DNA of 64,000 nucleotides, taken from the NCBI GenBank assembly GCA_030156615.1, contig JASGME010000001.1, positions 13,881 through 77,880 of the forward strand. Direction: 5' to 3'. Source of the DNA: Candidatus Woesearchaeota archaeon. GTDB taxonomy: Archaea; Nanobdellota; Nanobdellia; Woesearchaeales; UBA119. Positions 9,619 through 18,692 of the stretch are shown here, in pieces. The translations under genes and the position numbers were made by a program. The notes beneath the pieces are model-generated. The model was not told the DNA's origin and searched no databases. It worked only from the letters and a program-made list of their open reading frames with translations. Position 1 is the stretch's first letter. Each line of letters opens with the position of its first letter.

Positions 9619-11403
9619 TTATCTATTCTTTTCAATTCTTTCAATAGCAAGCTGATGAGCCTTGAAATACTTCTTAATTAATTCACTCCAATCTGCTTTC
9701 TCAGATGCATTCTTAGCCTTCATCTTCATAGCAATTCTCTCAGAAGAATTCATGCTTGAATATTTTTCCATTGCTTCAACGAGAGCGTTCACCCTGTCTT
9801 CATAACTCTTTCCTTCAAAATTAAGTACAAAAACTCCTTCTCCTTCAAGTTTTTGTTGTCTGATGAATCTGCCGAAACCTGCCAGATCTGTTGTTATTGT
9901 AGGGACACCAAAAGACATAGATTCAAGAGGCGTATATCCCCAAGGTTCATAAACAGAAGGGAAGATAGAAAGATGACAGGCAGATATCGCTTCAAAGTAA
10001 TCCAAATCGAGCAATCCATCAACTCCTTTTAGATAAGTCGGATAAAATATTACCTTAACCTTATCATCAAATGCATTATTTAGGTTATTCTCTCTCAAAG
10101 ATGTTAAAATTAAATCAGATTTATTCTTTATAATATGCGTACAACATGCAGGATTTTCATTGCTTTTAATTATCGATTTTACCCGTTCAAACTTATTGTA
10201 AAAATCATCTCCTATTATCTGTTTTATACTAAGTTTTTTTGGAGAGAATAATGAGTAGAATAATCTCTGCTTGATTTCATTTGAATTCTCTGCCAGAGAT
10301 TCTTCTAAATCCTCAAAATAGCTCTTTCTTTGTATTATTTCCTTATTTACTGATTCATATTCTGCTGGAATAAAAAAGAATACAAATATGTTTTTATCAA
10401 TCTTTGAGTGCTTTAATTTTTTGTTTAATTTACCTAAGGCGTCAATAAGGACATTTATTCCTTTTGAATAAAATTCATATCTGCCTGATACAAAGAATTG
10501 TAAGCTCTTTTCTAAGTCTACAGCATAATGAGGGTAAAACATTGTCATTAAGAAGTTTCTCATCTTCTCTCTGAATAACCTGTGTTTTACAGATGCTTCT
10601 TCAAATGTTGGAAACATGTTTGAATCAAGGCCATTTTCAACAATAACATCCGGCTCCCTTTGAAGAATAATCTTTGCTTCCTCCCCTGTAATCTCGCTAA
10701 CAGTTGTGAAAACATCTGAGTTTTGTGCTGTTGCCTTTTCTGTTTGATGCTTTGCATGTATGTTAAATTCTCTTGCCTTCTCATCAAAATTCATGCCAGA
10801 TTTAAAGAAGAAGTTCAAGTCATGTTGACTACCTGCCAATGCCCTTCCCATAACAGTTGCATGTGTTGTGAAGACACAGCCTGCTTCCGATTTCTTGGCC
10901 TTAAGATATAGAAGCCCGGCACCACTTAGCCATTCGTGGAAGTGAGCAACTATCCTTTTTTCAGGCATATTCTTTTGAATACTTTCAATAAATCTCCCTG
11001 CTATATTTGCCCACAGCACAGGATAATCATAATCGTAAAAATCTGTATTTAATGAATCAACCTGAAAATGTTCCCAGTTGAATCCCTTAACCTCGTTTGC
11101 AAGATGAAGACAATTGTTTATGTCTATCAAAACGACCTCTGGAGTTCCAAAAGTGTGCCAATGCCCAAAGTGGGCTACAGCCCCCAACTTAAGAAGTTCA
11201 GACATGCTTTCTTTAATCCATTCTGGAGGCTCCTCTTCAGCAAATTCTCCCTTTACCTTATCAGGAAGGTATGGACCAATTAATAAGTATTGATTTCCAT
11301 ATTCTACTTTCATCTGCACAATCTTTGATTGAATTACCCTGTAGATTCCCCCTACTTTATTGCAGACCTCCCAGCTTACCTCAAACAACATATCTGGTTT
11401 CAT
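9619..11403 (-). CDS. Glycogen (starch) synthase, eukaryote-like GT3 family
   Basis: The N-terminus LFEVSWEVCNKVGGIYRV matches the GT3 glycogen synthase signature EVAWEVANKVGGIYTV. Length is 594 aa. Confidence 0.65.
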   Translation of the reverse strand: MKPDMLFEVSWEVCNKVGGIYRVIQSKIVQMKVEYGNQYLLIGPYLPDKVKGEFAEEEPPEWIKESMSELLKLGAVAHFGHWHTFGTPEVVLIDINNCLHLANEVKGFNWEHFQVDSLNTDFYDYDYPVLWANIAGRFIESIQKNMPEKRIVAHFHEWLSGAGLLYLKAKKSEAGCVFTTHATVMGRALAGSQHDLNFFFKSGMNFDEKAREFNIHAKHQTEKATAQNSDVFTTVSEITGEEAKIILQREPDVIVENGLDSNMFPTFEEASVKHRLFREKMRNFLMTMFYPHYAVDLEKSLQFFVSGRYEFYSKGINVLIDALGKLNKKLKHSKIDKNIFVFFFIPAEYESVNKEIIQRKSYFEDLEESLAENSNEIKQRLFYSLFSPKKLSIKQIIGDDFYNKFERVKSIIKSNENPACCTHIIKNKSDLILTSLRENNLNNAFDDKVKVIFYPTYLKGVDGLLDLDYFEAISACHLSIFPSVYEPWGYTPLESMSFGVPTITTDLAGFGRFIRQQKLEGEGVFVLNFEGKSYEDRVNALVEAMEKYSSMNSSERIAMKMKAKNASEKADWSELIKKYFKAHQLAIERIEKNR

Positions 11404-11451
11404 ACGCAGACCTCCAGTTATCCTCTTCCTTGGGCTTTTAGTTATTGCCCT

Positions 11452-11826
11452 CTATATTTTTAACCTATTCACAAGTTCTTTCAAAATTTCAACCTCTATT
11501 TTTAGAGGATTCCTAAATCCTACTATCCTTTGTGCTAATTCTTCTTCATGGAAAACATCCTTAAGCCAGTTAAAGAAGTCATTCCTTTCATCATTTACAT
11601 GATAATAGAATACATCATCATTCATTGTTTCTAAAGCATCAATTAAGTCATAGATGTTCTTAAGCACAAGACCATCGCATAGAAGGAAATATTCCTCTGG
11701 CTTAATCTCTTTCAATAGCCCTTTTTCCTTAACCTTTTTTGAACTCTCTTTTTTTGTATTTTTTTTAGCACTTTTTTTCTTTGTTTCAGTTTTACCCTTT
11801 TGTTTGTTTTCTTTCTTTTCTGCCAT
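11452..11826 (-). CDS. Small protein with a Lys-rich N-terminal tail and an acidic/aromatic C-terminal domain; function unknown
   Basis: MAEKKENKQKGKTETKKKSAKKNTKKESSKKVKEK... is followed by YFLLCDGLVLKNIYDLIDALETMNDDVFYYHVN. It is embedded between glycogen genes on the same strand. Confidence 0.3.
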   Translation of the reverse strand: MAEKKENKQKGKTETKKKSAKKNTKKESSKKVKEKGLLKEIKPEEYFLLCDGLVLKNIYDLIDALETMNDDVFYYHVNDERNDFFNWLKDVFHEEELAQRIVGFRNPLKIEVEILKELVNRLKI

Positions 11827-11855
11827 CTTCCCACCTCATTTATTCCTTACATATT

Positions 11856-13088
11856 TTATTCAGATATCTCTATTGATTCTTCATTTACATTCAATTCATT
11901 TTTTTCAGAGCTCTTTTCATTTTTAATTCTTTCTTTGATATCTGAAAAGATGTTCATGAAATAGATATATGCTTCGTACGGCGTATCATAAGGATTGAAA
12001 TATTTATGTACATCACCATCGTTGAAATATTTTGTGCACATATAGTAAAAATGATCAGATGTTTGAATCTTTCTCCAGTTTTCAATAAGTTCTTTGTTGC
12101 CACTATCTTTTACCATCTTCTCTATCTCATATATCTTCTTTAAGGCATCCTTCTGCATTGAATTACCTTGCCAGGCAGATAAATCTCTTTCAGTATCAGC
12201 CCAAGAGAGATAAAATGGACAATCAATAATCCCTTTTGGTTTTAATCTTGAAATCGCATCAGTTGGATTCAGGAATGAATAGCCCTTTTTAATTCCAAGC
12301 TCAATGAAATGCCTAAAAAAATCAAAGATGCCTGTCTCACGCCATTGATGTTCTCCAAAAGTTTCGTAATCCATAAATAAACCAATTATATCTGAGTTTC
12401 CATTAAGTCTATCTATCCAATCACTATATTTTTCTGCTGTCAACGGCCATTCCTTCCAGCCTCTTTCTGAGAATCTAAATGCAATATCATCAGAAAGCTG
12501 GAAATTCTTAAGCAATACCTTTATATTTTGATCTTTGTTAAGATATAAAAAGTTTGGAGATCTGTTTTTTAAAATAGATTGAGCTCCTTCTGCCAGCATC
12601 CCTTTGAAACCTTTCTTGGCTGCAAAGTCCGCTATCCAATCAGAATAGATTAGCTCAGTGTTTCTAAAGCATGATGGATCTTTTCCAAACTCGCTCCTAA
12701 TCAGTTCTCTATGCATCTCAATCTGTTCATTGAATTCATCAATTGAATGAAGGAAGGATAATGAATGATAATATGTCTCTGAAAGAAATTCAACGTTTTC
12801 TGATGAACCTATTTTCTTTAAGAGATAATAAGTGTTTGGAAAGTAACGCTTTGCTTGCTCAATGAAGACACCTGAGAAACTGAATGCTACTTTAAACTTC
12901 GGATATCTTTCAATCAAATCTAAAATCATCCTTGTTGTAGGAATATAACTTTTTTTAGAAACCTTCTCCATAATCTCATAATTTTTCTTTTCATCAAAAT
13001 AAGCAGTAGTCCTACCTATGTCAAATATCCTGTATCTTTTCAACCTGAAAGGTTGATGTAACTGAAAGTAAAAGCATATGTTTACCAT
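11856..13088 (-). CDS. Glycoside hydrolase family 57 (alpha-amylase / 4-alpha-glucanotransferase / branching-type)
   Basis: The N-terminus ICFYFQLHQPFRL (HQP motif) and the (beta/alpha)7 region pattern support GH57. It is adjacent to the glycogen synthases. Confidence 0.6.
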   Translation of the reverse strand: MVNICFYFQLHQPFRLKRYRIFDIGRTTAYFDEKKNYEIMEKVSKKSYIPTTRMILDLIERYPKFKVAFSFSGVFIEQAKRYFPNTYYLLKKIGSSENVEFLSETYYHSLSFLHSIDEFNEQIEMHRELIRSEFGKDPSCFRNTELIYSDWIADFAAKKGFKGMLAEGAQSILKNRSPNFLYLNKDQNIKVLLKNFQLSDDIAFRFSERGWKEWPLTAEKYSDWIDRLNGNSDIIGLFMDYETFGEHQWRETGIFDFFRHFIELGIKKGYSFLNPTDAISRLKPKGIIDCPFYLSWADTERDLSAWQGNSMQKDALKKIYEIEKMVKDSGNKELIENWRKIQTSDHFYYMCTKYFNDGDVHKYFNPYDTPYEAYIYFMNIFSDIKERIKNEKSSEKNELNVNEESIEISE

Positions 13089-13160
13089 CTTTTCATCATC
13101 TTTTTTGTTTTATTCATTTAAAAATCTTTTTAATTATTAATTTTATTTCTTCTTTCTTTT

Positions 13161-14396
13161 TTATTCTTTCAAAACTTCTTCATATATTCTTTTGCATTCT
13201 TCAGCTCTTGAATCCCATGTTATTTGCTGTACTTCCATGACTCCATGTTCTGAGATTGTTTCTTTTAATGTTTTATATCTCAATATAGCAACAACCTTGT
13301 TTGTTATCTCATCTAAATCCCAAAAATCAACCGTTAATGTATTTTTAATTATCTCAGAAACGCCAGACTGTTTTGAGATTACAGTTGGGGTTCCATTTGC
13401 CATGGCTTCCAAAGGGGTAATTCCAAAAGGCTCTGAGACAGAAGGCATAACATAAACATCTGCCCTTCCATATATCTCATCTATGCTAGGACCTGTTAGG
13501 AAGCCAGTGAAAAACACCTTATCAGAGATTCCAAGAGCAATTGTTTTCTCAATAAGCTGAGGCATCATCTCTCCTGATCCAGCGATAAAAAATTTTGTAT
13601 TTGGTTCAAATTCAAGTATTCTCTTTGCAGCATCAATAAAATACTCCGGCCCTTTTTGTATGGTTAATCTACCTAAGAAAAGCACTACATTATCATTTGA
13701 AAAAACCTTTACTGGCTTATTTGCCTTAATATTATCAGGAAAATCAACTGCGTTATAAAGCACTCTCACTTTAGATTCAGGAATTCCATATTTGCTTACA
13801 ACCATTCTTTTTGTATAATTGCTTACTGCAATAATCAAATCGCTTTTTTCAAATCCTTCCTTTTCTATAGCATAAACAGTTGGATTTGGGAAACCGCCCG
13901 TCCTATCAAATTCAGTTGCATGTATATGCAAAACAAGCTTTTTTCCAGAATCTTCCTTAACCTTTATCCCTGCAGGATATGTCATCCAATCGTGTGCATG
14001 AATCAAATCAAACTTAAGATTCTTTGCTAGCATTCTTACCTTCTCGCTGTATATATAAACCTCTTCAAAGAGGTTCCTCCCATAAATTGCGTCATCATTT
14101 GATCCTTTTATTGCTTTCTTGTTCATCTCAGTTAATCTTTTCTGCTCTGGCGATGCATAAGGAATCAAAGGAGAATCAATGAAATATGCTTTAAGATGCG
14201 AATAATCAATTCCCTCATTGACCTTTGCATTAATCAAATTGAGAAATGAACTTGAAACTGGAATAGGACTTTTTGGAATTACAAAAGAGATTCTTACGCC
14301 AAGCTTACTCAATCCCCTTGTTAACCCAAAGCAGGCGGTTCCAAGTCCTCCGGTTTTATATGGAGGAAACTCCCACCCAAGCATCAAGATATCCAT
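13161..14396 (-). CDS. glgA: Glycogen synthase, GlgA-type (GT-B, GT5/GT4-like)
   Basis: The N-terminal signature is EFPPYKTGGLGTA (the K-T-G-G-L motif of bacterial/archaeal glycogen synthases). A C-terminal GT-B motif is PSVSEPFGITPLEAMANGTP. Confidence 0.7.
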   Translation of the reverse strand: MDILMLGWEFPPYKTGGLGTACFGLTRGLSKLGVRISFVIPKSPIPVSSSFLNLINAKVNEGIDYSHLKAYFIDSPLIPYASPEQKRLTEMNKKAIKGSNDDAIYGRNLFEEVYIYSEKVRMLAKNLKFDLIHAHDWMTYPAGIKVKEDSGKKLVLHIHATEFDRTGGFPNPTVYAIEKEGFEKSDLIIAVSNYTKRMVVSKYGIPESKVRVLYNAVDFPDNIKANKPVKVFSNDNVVLFLGRLTIQKGPEYFIDAAKRILEFEPNTKFFIAGSGEMMPQLIEKTIALGISDKVFFTGFLTGPSIDEIYGRADVYVMPSVSEPFGITPLEAMANGTPTVISKQSGVSEIIKNTLTVDFWDLDEITNKVVAILRYKTLKETISEHGVMEVQQITWDSRAEECKRIYEEVLKE

Positions 14397-14535
14397 TTTC
14401 CCCTTTCATCAAATATTCTTAAAGATTCTTCAATAAATATTGTTTTAAACTTTCTTGATTACTTTTGAGTAATACTAAGAAGAAATCAGAATAAAAATCA
14501 ATTTAATTGAAGAAAAATTTAGAACTGAGAATTCT

Positions 14536-15891
14536 TTATGGATTTAAATCAGGAATATTGTTTAATCCTACCTTTGATAACATCTTTTTCATCTTTTTAT
14601 CAGAACCCTTTACCATTTTCATTAGTTTTTTGGATTGCTTGTATTGCTTTATTAATTCTCTTATTGTTTGTTCAGGAACTCCACTCCCCTTTGCTATCCT
14701 TTCAATTCTTGATGCATTAATCTTTTCAGGCATTTCAAGCTCTTCTTTTGTCATTGAGTCTAAGGCATGCTTCCATTGTTCTATCTTACTTTCCTGAACT
14801 TCTAATAATTCTTTGTCTATGTTCAAATTTGCCATCCCTGGAATCATATTCACTACTTTGCTAAGAGGGCCTAGTTTTCTTACTGATTCTAATTGTTCAA
14901 ATAAATCAATAAGCGTGAATTCACCTTTGAGGAATTTTTTTGATTTATCTTCCATCTCTTCTTTTTCGTACATCTGGGAAATCTCTTCAAGAAGCGTCTC
15001 TATGTCCCCCATACCGAGCAATTTTCCAACAAATCTTTTAGGATTGAATCTCTCTAAATCATTTATCTTCTCACCGGTTCCAATGAATTTTACCTTTGTT
15101 CCTGTTGCAGAGCATGCTGCCAAAGCTCCTCCGCCTTTTGCAGTTCCATCAAGTTTAGTTATTATGACGCCAGTAATATTGCAACTTTTGTGAAATGCTT
15201 CTGCTTGTGTTTTCGCAGCCTGGCCTATATCTCCACTTAAAACAAGAATCCTTTCCTCAGCCTGCACCTCTTTGTTTAATTTGTTAAGCTCTTTAATAAG
15301 TTCATCAGAAAGGGCATCCCTACCAGCAGTGTCAATTATTGCAACATCGTATTTTTCTTTATGAGGCTTGAATTCCTGATATATCTTTAAAGGATTTTTT
15401 TCATTTTCTTTCCCATAAAAGTCAACACCAATTTTATTGCTTAACTGATAAAGTTGATCATAGGCAGCAGGTCTCCAAGTGTCTGTTTGAACCAAAGCTA
15501 CTTTATATCCCCTCTTTTTGTAATAATTCGCTAGTTTGCCTGCCTGTGTTGTCTTACCCGAGCCAAATAGTCCAACGAGCATAATCTGAGTTGGCCTTTT
15601 CTCAATCTTAATACCTTCTTCATCTTCACCAAGAAATCTTACAAGTTCTTCATAAACAATCTTAATCATGTAGTCCTTCTTAGAAATTCCTGCTGGCGGA
15701 TTCTCTTTAAGAGCCCTCTCTCTAATCCTCTCTGATAGTTCCATTACTTGAGAAATATTCACATCTGATTTTATAAGAGCCTTTTGAATATCCTTAATTA
15801 TCTCATTAACTACCTTTTTATCTAAAAATAATACCTTTTTAAGTTTATCAATAGATCCTCTTAGAGATTCCCCTAACTTGTCCAAAACCAT
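14536..15891 (-). CDS. srp54: Signal recognition particle protein SRP54
   Basis: Recognised from MVLDKLGESLRGSIDKL, the GTPase motifs GLFGSGKTT, DTAGR and TKLDG, and the Met-rich M domain. The ORF-track N-terminal extension to 16047 is rejected because the conserved start is MVLDKLG at 15891. Confidence 0.9.
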   Translation of the reverse strand: MVLDKLGESLRGSIDKLKKVLFLDKKVVNEIIKDIQKALIKSDVNISQVMELSERIRERALKENPPAGISKKDYMIKIVYEELVRFLGEDEEGIKIEKRPTQIMLVGLFGSGKTTQAGKLANYYKKRGYKVALVQTDTWRPAAYDQLYQLSNKIGVDFYGKENEKNPLKIYQEFKPHKEKYDVAIIDTAGRDALSDELIKELNKLNKEVQAEERILVLSGDIGQAAKTQAEAFHKSCNITGVIITKLDGTAKGGGALAACSATGTKVKFIGTGEKINDLERFNPKRFVGKLLGMGDIETLLEEISQMYEKEEMEDKSKKFLKGEFTLIDLFEQLESVRKLGPLSKVVNMIPGMANLNIDKELLEVQESKIEQWKHALDSMTKEELEMPEKINASRIERIAKGSGVPEQTIRELIKQYKQSKKLMKMVKGSDKKMKKMLSKVGLNNIPDLNP

Positions 15892-15982
15892 AGTTATAGG
15901 ATTGAAATCTTCTTTTATATGTTTTATGGTTAGGATATGATCGTTTTTATATAAGCAATATTGGTTTGATAATGTTAATAAG

Positions 15983-16324
15983 ATGTTAGAAAAGATATCA
16001 ATAAAAGAAGAAATAATGAAATCAGATAGAGCAGAATATGGAAGCAAGATAGTGGAATCGCTGAGTTCACAATTAACTCAAAGGTATGGAAAAGGATTTT
16101 CTTCTCAAAATTTATGGTATATGATACAATTATTTGAAGAATACCCAATTCTCCACGCATTGCGTGGAGAATTCCAAGGTTTAAGTTGGACCCATATAAG
16201 AAGTCTTTTGCCTATAAAGGACGAACTAAAACGAAAGTTTTATGCTATCTTATGCCAAAAAGAACACTGGAGCACAAGCTCTTCGCAGAAAAATTATATA
16301 AGGCAGTATTACTCGCACAATTAA
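15983..16324 (+). pseudogene. Truncated remnant of a DUF1016/YhcG-type (PDDEXK nuclease-associated) gene, N-terminal domain only
   Basis: SDRAEYGSKIVESLSSQLTQRYGKGFSSQNLWYMIQLFEEYP...LSWTHIRSLLPIKD matches the N-terminal helical domain of YhcG-family proteins. The ORF ends after 113 aa, where full-length members are about 340 aa. Confidence 0.4.
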
Positions 16325-16370
16325 AATTAGAAAGAAAAACAAAGAAATAAAATCATTTAAGAGGCAAAAA

Positions 16371-17267
16371 ATGAATGAAAAAGAAAAAGAAGATTGGATT
16401 AAAGCAGGAAGAATAGCAGCTATTGCAAGAGATTATGGAGCAAGCCTGATTAAGAAAGGAGCTAATGTCAGAGAGATATTAGACAAGGTTGAATCAAAGA
16501 TTATATCAGAAGGAGCCGTTCCGGCTTTTCCTGCACAGATATCTTTAAATGAAACAGCGGCTCATTTCTGCCCATCTTTAGATGAAGATGTTATACTAAA
16601 TGACGAAATCATAAAACTTGATGTCGGGACAATGGTTAACGGTGCAATAGGAGATACTGCAATAACTGTTGATTTATCTGGCAACTATGAAGATTTATTA
16701 AAGGCCTCAAGAGAGGCATTTGAAGCAGCATTCAGACTCATAAGACCCGGAGCAAAACTCGGAGATATTGGAAGAGCTATAGAATCAACTATCAAATCGT
16801 ATGGTTTCTCTTCTATAAGAAATCTTTCTGGGCACACAATAAAGAAATACGAATTGCATGCCTTTCCAAGTATTCCTAACTATGATAACGAAGATGAGCT
16901 TCAACTTGAAGAAGGACAGGTAATCGCGATAGAACCTTTTGCCACAACTGGTGTTGGCAGGGTTATTGAGCGCGGGCAGGCAAGCATATTTGTAGCAATA
17001 AATCTTAAACCAGTTAGAAATCCAATAACAAGAAAAATCATTGACGAAATTAAAAGTTATAATAATATGCCTTTCACGACAAGATGGATTGAAAGGAAGT
17101 TCTCAAAAGGAATGAGTAATATTGCATTGTCTGAGCTTTTAAGAAACAATATGCTGGAAGAATTTAAGCCTCTTGTTGAACAATCAAATGGCCTCGTTAG
17201 TCAGTATGAACATACTATTCTCGTTTTAGATAAACCAGTCATATTAACTCTAACACAAAATTTATAA
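16371..17267 (+). CDS. map: Methionine aminopeptidase, type 2 (archaeal)
   Basis: Pita-bread fold motifs are present: DVGTMVNGAIGD, SGHTIK, IAIEPFATTG. Confidence 0.85.
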   Translation: MNEKEKEDWIKAGRIAAIARDYGASLIKKGANVREILDKVESKIISEGAVPAFPAQISLNETAAHFCPSLDEDVILNDEIIKLDVGTMVNGAIGDTAITVDLSGNYEDLLKASREAFEAAFRLIRPGAKLGDIGRAIESTIKSYGFSSIRNLSGHTIKKYELHAFPSIPNYDNEDELQLEEGQVIAIEPFATTGVGRVIERGQASIFVAINLKPVRNPITRKIIDEIKSYNNMPFTTRWIERKFSKGMSNIALSELLRNNMLEEFKPLVEQSNGLVSQYEHTILVLDKPVILTLTQNL

Positions 17268-17290
17268 ACATTCCAAAAATTCCAGATGAT

Positions 17291-17773
17291 GTGATTCTCA
17301 TGGCAGAAAAGAGCGTTGAAGTTTTGGTAGAAGGAGGCAAAGCAACAGCAGCCCCTCCGCTTGGACCAGCATTGGGGCCATTAGGCGTTAATATAGGACA
17401 GGTAGTTGCTGAAATCAACAAGAAAACTGCAGGATTCAAAGGCATGCAGGTTCCTGTGAAAGTAGTGGTTGATGAAAAAACAAAAGAGTTTAGCATAAGT
17501 GTTGGAACGCCACCAAGCTCAGAGCTAATAAAGAAAGAGGTTGGAATTGCAAAAGGAGCAGCAAATCCCAAGGAAAAGGTGGCAGATATATCTCTCGAAG
17601 GAATAAAAAAGATTGTTGAGATGAAACAGGACAGCCTTCTCGGCAAAGATATGAAAGCTAAGGTTAAAGAGATAGTAGGAACATGCCGTTCTATGGGCGT
17701 ATATGTTGAAGGAAAGATAGGCGACGATTTTATTAAAGAACTAAACGAAGGAAAATATGATGATAAATTTTAA
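17291..17773 (+). CDS. rpl11: 50S ribosomal protein L11
   Basis: VEVLVEGGKATAAPPLGPALGPLGVNIGQVV is the L11 N-terminal domain signature. Confidence 0.9.
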   Translation: MILMAEKSVEVLVEGGKATAAPPLGPALGPLGVNIGQVVAEINKKTAGFKGMQVPVKVVVDEKTKEFSISVGTPPSSELIKKEVGIAKGAANPKEKVADISLEGIKKIVEMKQDSLLGKDMKAKVKEIVGTCRSMGVYVEGKIGDDFIKELNEGKYDDKF

Positions 17774-17784
17774 AGGTGAATTAA

Positions 17785-18060
17785 ATGGAAATTAATGTAA
17801 TATCAGAAAGCAAGAATCAAATTAGATTTAGTTTGCCGGGGCAGGAACATACATTCAGCAATCTCCTTGTTGATGCCTTAAATTCACTTCCAGAGGTTGA
17901 GGCCGCAACATATTCAATATTCCATCCTTTGATTGAGAATCCTGAGTTTATTGTCAAGGTTAAACAAGGAAATTCTGTAAGAGATGTCTTAACAGAAGCA
18001 TGCAATAAGCTTGAAAAAGATATTGAAAATGCTAAGAAAGGCTTCTCTAAACTTTTTTGA
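17785..18060 (+). CDS. rpoL: DNA-directed RNA polymerase subunit L (Rpo11)
   Basis: EHTFSNLLVDAL...AATYSIFHPLIENPEFIVKVK aligns with archaeal RpoL (EDHTLGNLL...AYRVPHPL). Confidence 0.8.
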   Translation: MEINVISESKNQIRFSLPGQEHTFSNLLVDALNSLPEVEAATYSIFHPLIENPEFIVKVKQGNSVRDVLTEACNKLEKDIENAKKGFSKLF

Positions 18061-18123
18061 TTTAACTAAACCAAAAGATTTATTTATCAGTTAATGAGTA
18101 AGCATCAATGTAAGGTGGTTTAA

Positions 18124-18621
18124 ATGTTTGATGTTTCAAAATTGCAAGGGGCAAGTAGCCTAGCGAAGGAGCTCGTTGAGAAGGGAATTGCAAAAGATTT
18201 TCAAGATGCTTTAAAGATAATTGAATCAAACAAAATGGTAAAGTCTAACGAAGAGTTCAACATTATTAATAATCATAAGGATTCTGAGAAAGAAGAAAAG
18301 GTTAAGGAGAAAGAAAAGGTTCAGGAAAATACAACAAAAATAGAAGATTCTGTTGCAATAAAAAAAATAAAAGAGGATCTTGCAGAACTAAGAGATCTTT
18401 TTGAAAGGTATGCTGCTCAGAATGATAATAATCTCAGAGAACTTGATACACGATTGAAGAATCTTGAATCAAAAATAAAGTTTAATCAAGAAGTTAAAGA
18501 AGAAAAGGTCAAAAAGCCTGAGCCGAAGAAGTTTGTCACAGGAGCAGGGGAAGGGCTTAACCCCGATGATTTTGCTGTTGATAAAATTTTCAACAATTCT
18601 AACGGCAGGCTGGAGAAGTAG
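18124..18621 (+). CDS. Hypothetical coiled-coil protein
   Basis: Charged heptad-rich middle segment with no recognisable motif. Confidence 0.3.
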   Translation: MFDVSKLQGASSLAKELVEKGIAKDFQDALKIIESNKMVKSNEEFNIINNHKDSEKEEKVKEKEKVQENTTKIEDSVAIKKIKEDLAELRDLFERYAAQNDNNLRELDTRLKNLESKIKFNQEVKEEKVKKPEPKKFVTGAGEGLNPDDFAVDKIFNNSNGRLEK

Positions 18622-18692
18622 ATTTCTTGAAATATCTTTCCAATTCTTTTCTTTATCAAAAAACTTTTAAATAAGTTGAATTTCTAGCATAT

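Noticed and set aside
15892-16047. N-terminal 52-aa extension of SRP54 in the ORF track
   Set aside because: The conserved SRP54 N-terminus MVLDKLG..LRG begins at the internal Met. The extension is hydrophobic and overlaps the neighbouring region, so the start was moved to 15891.
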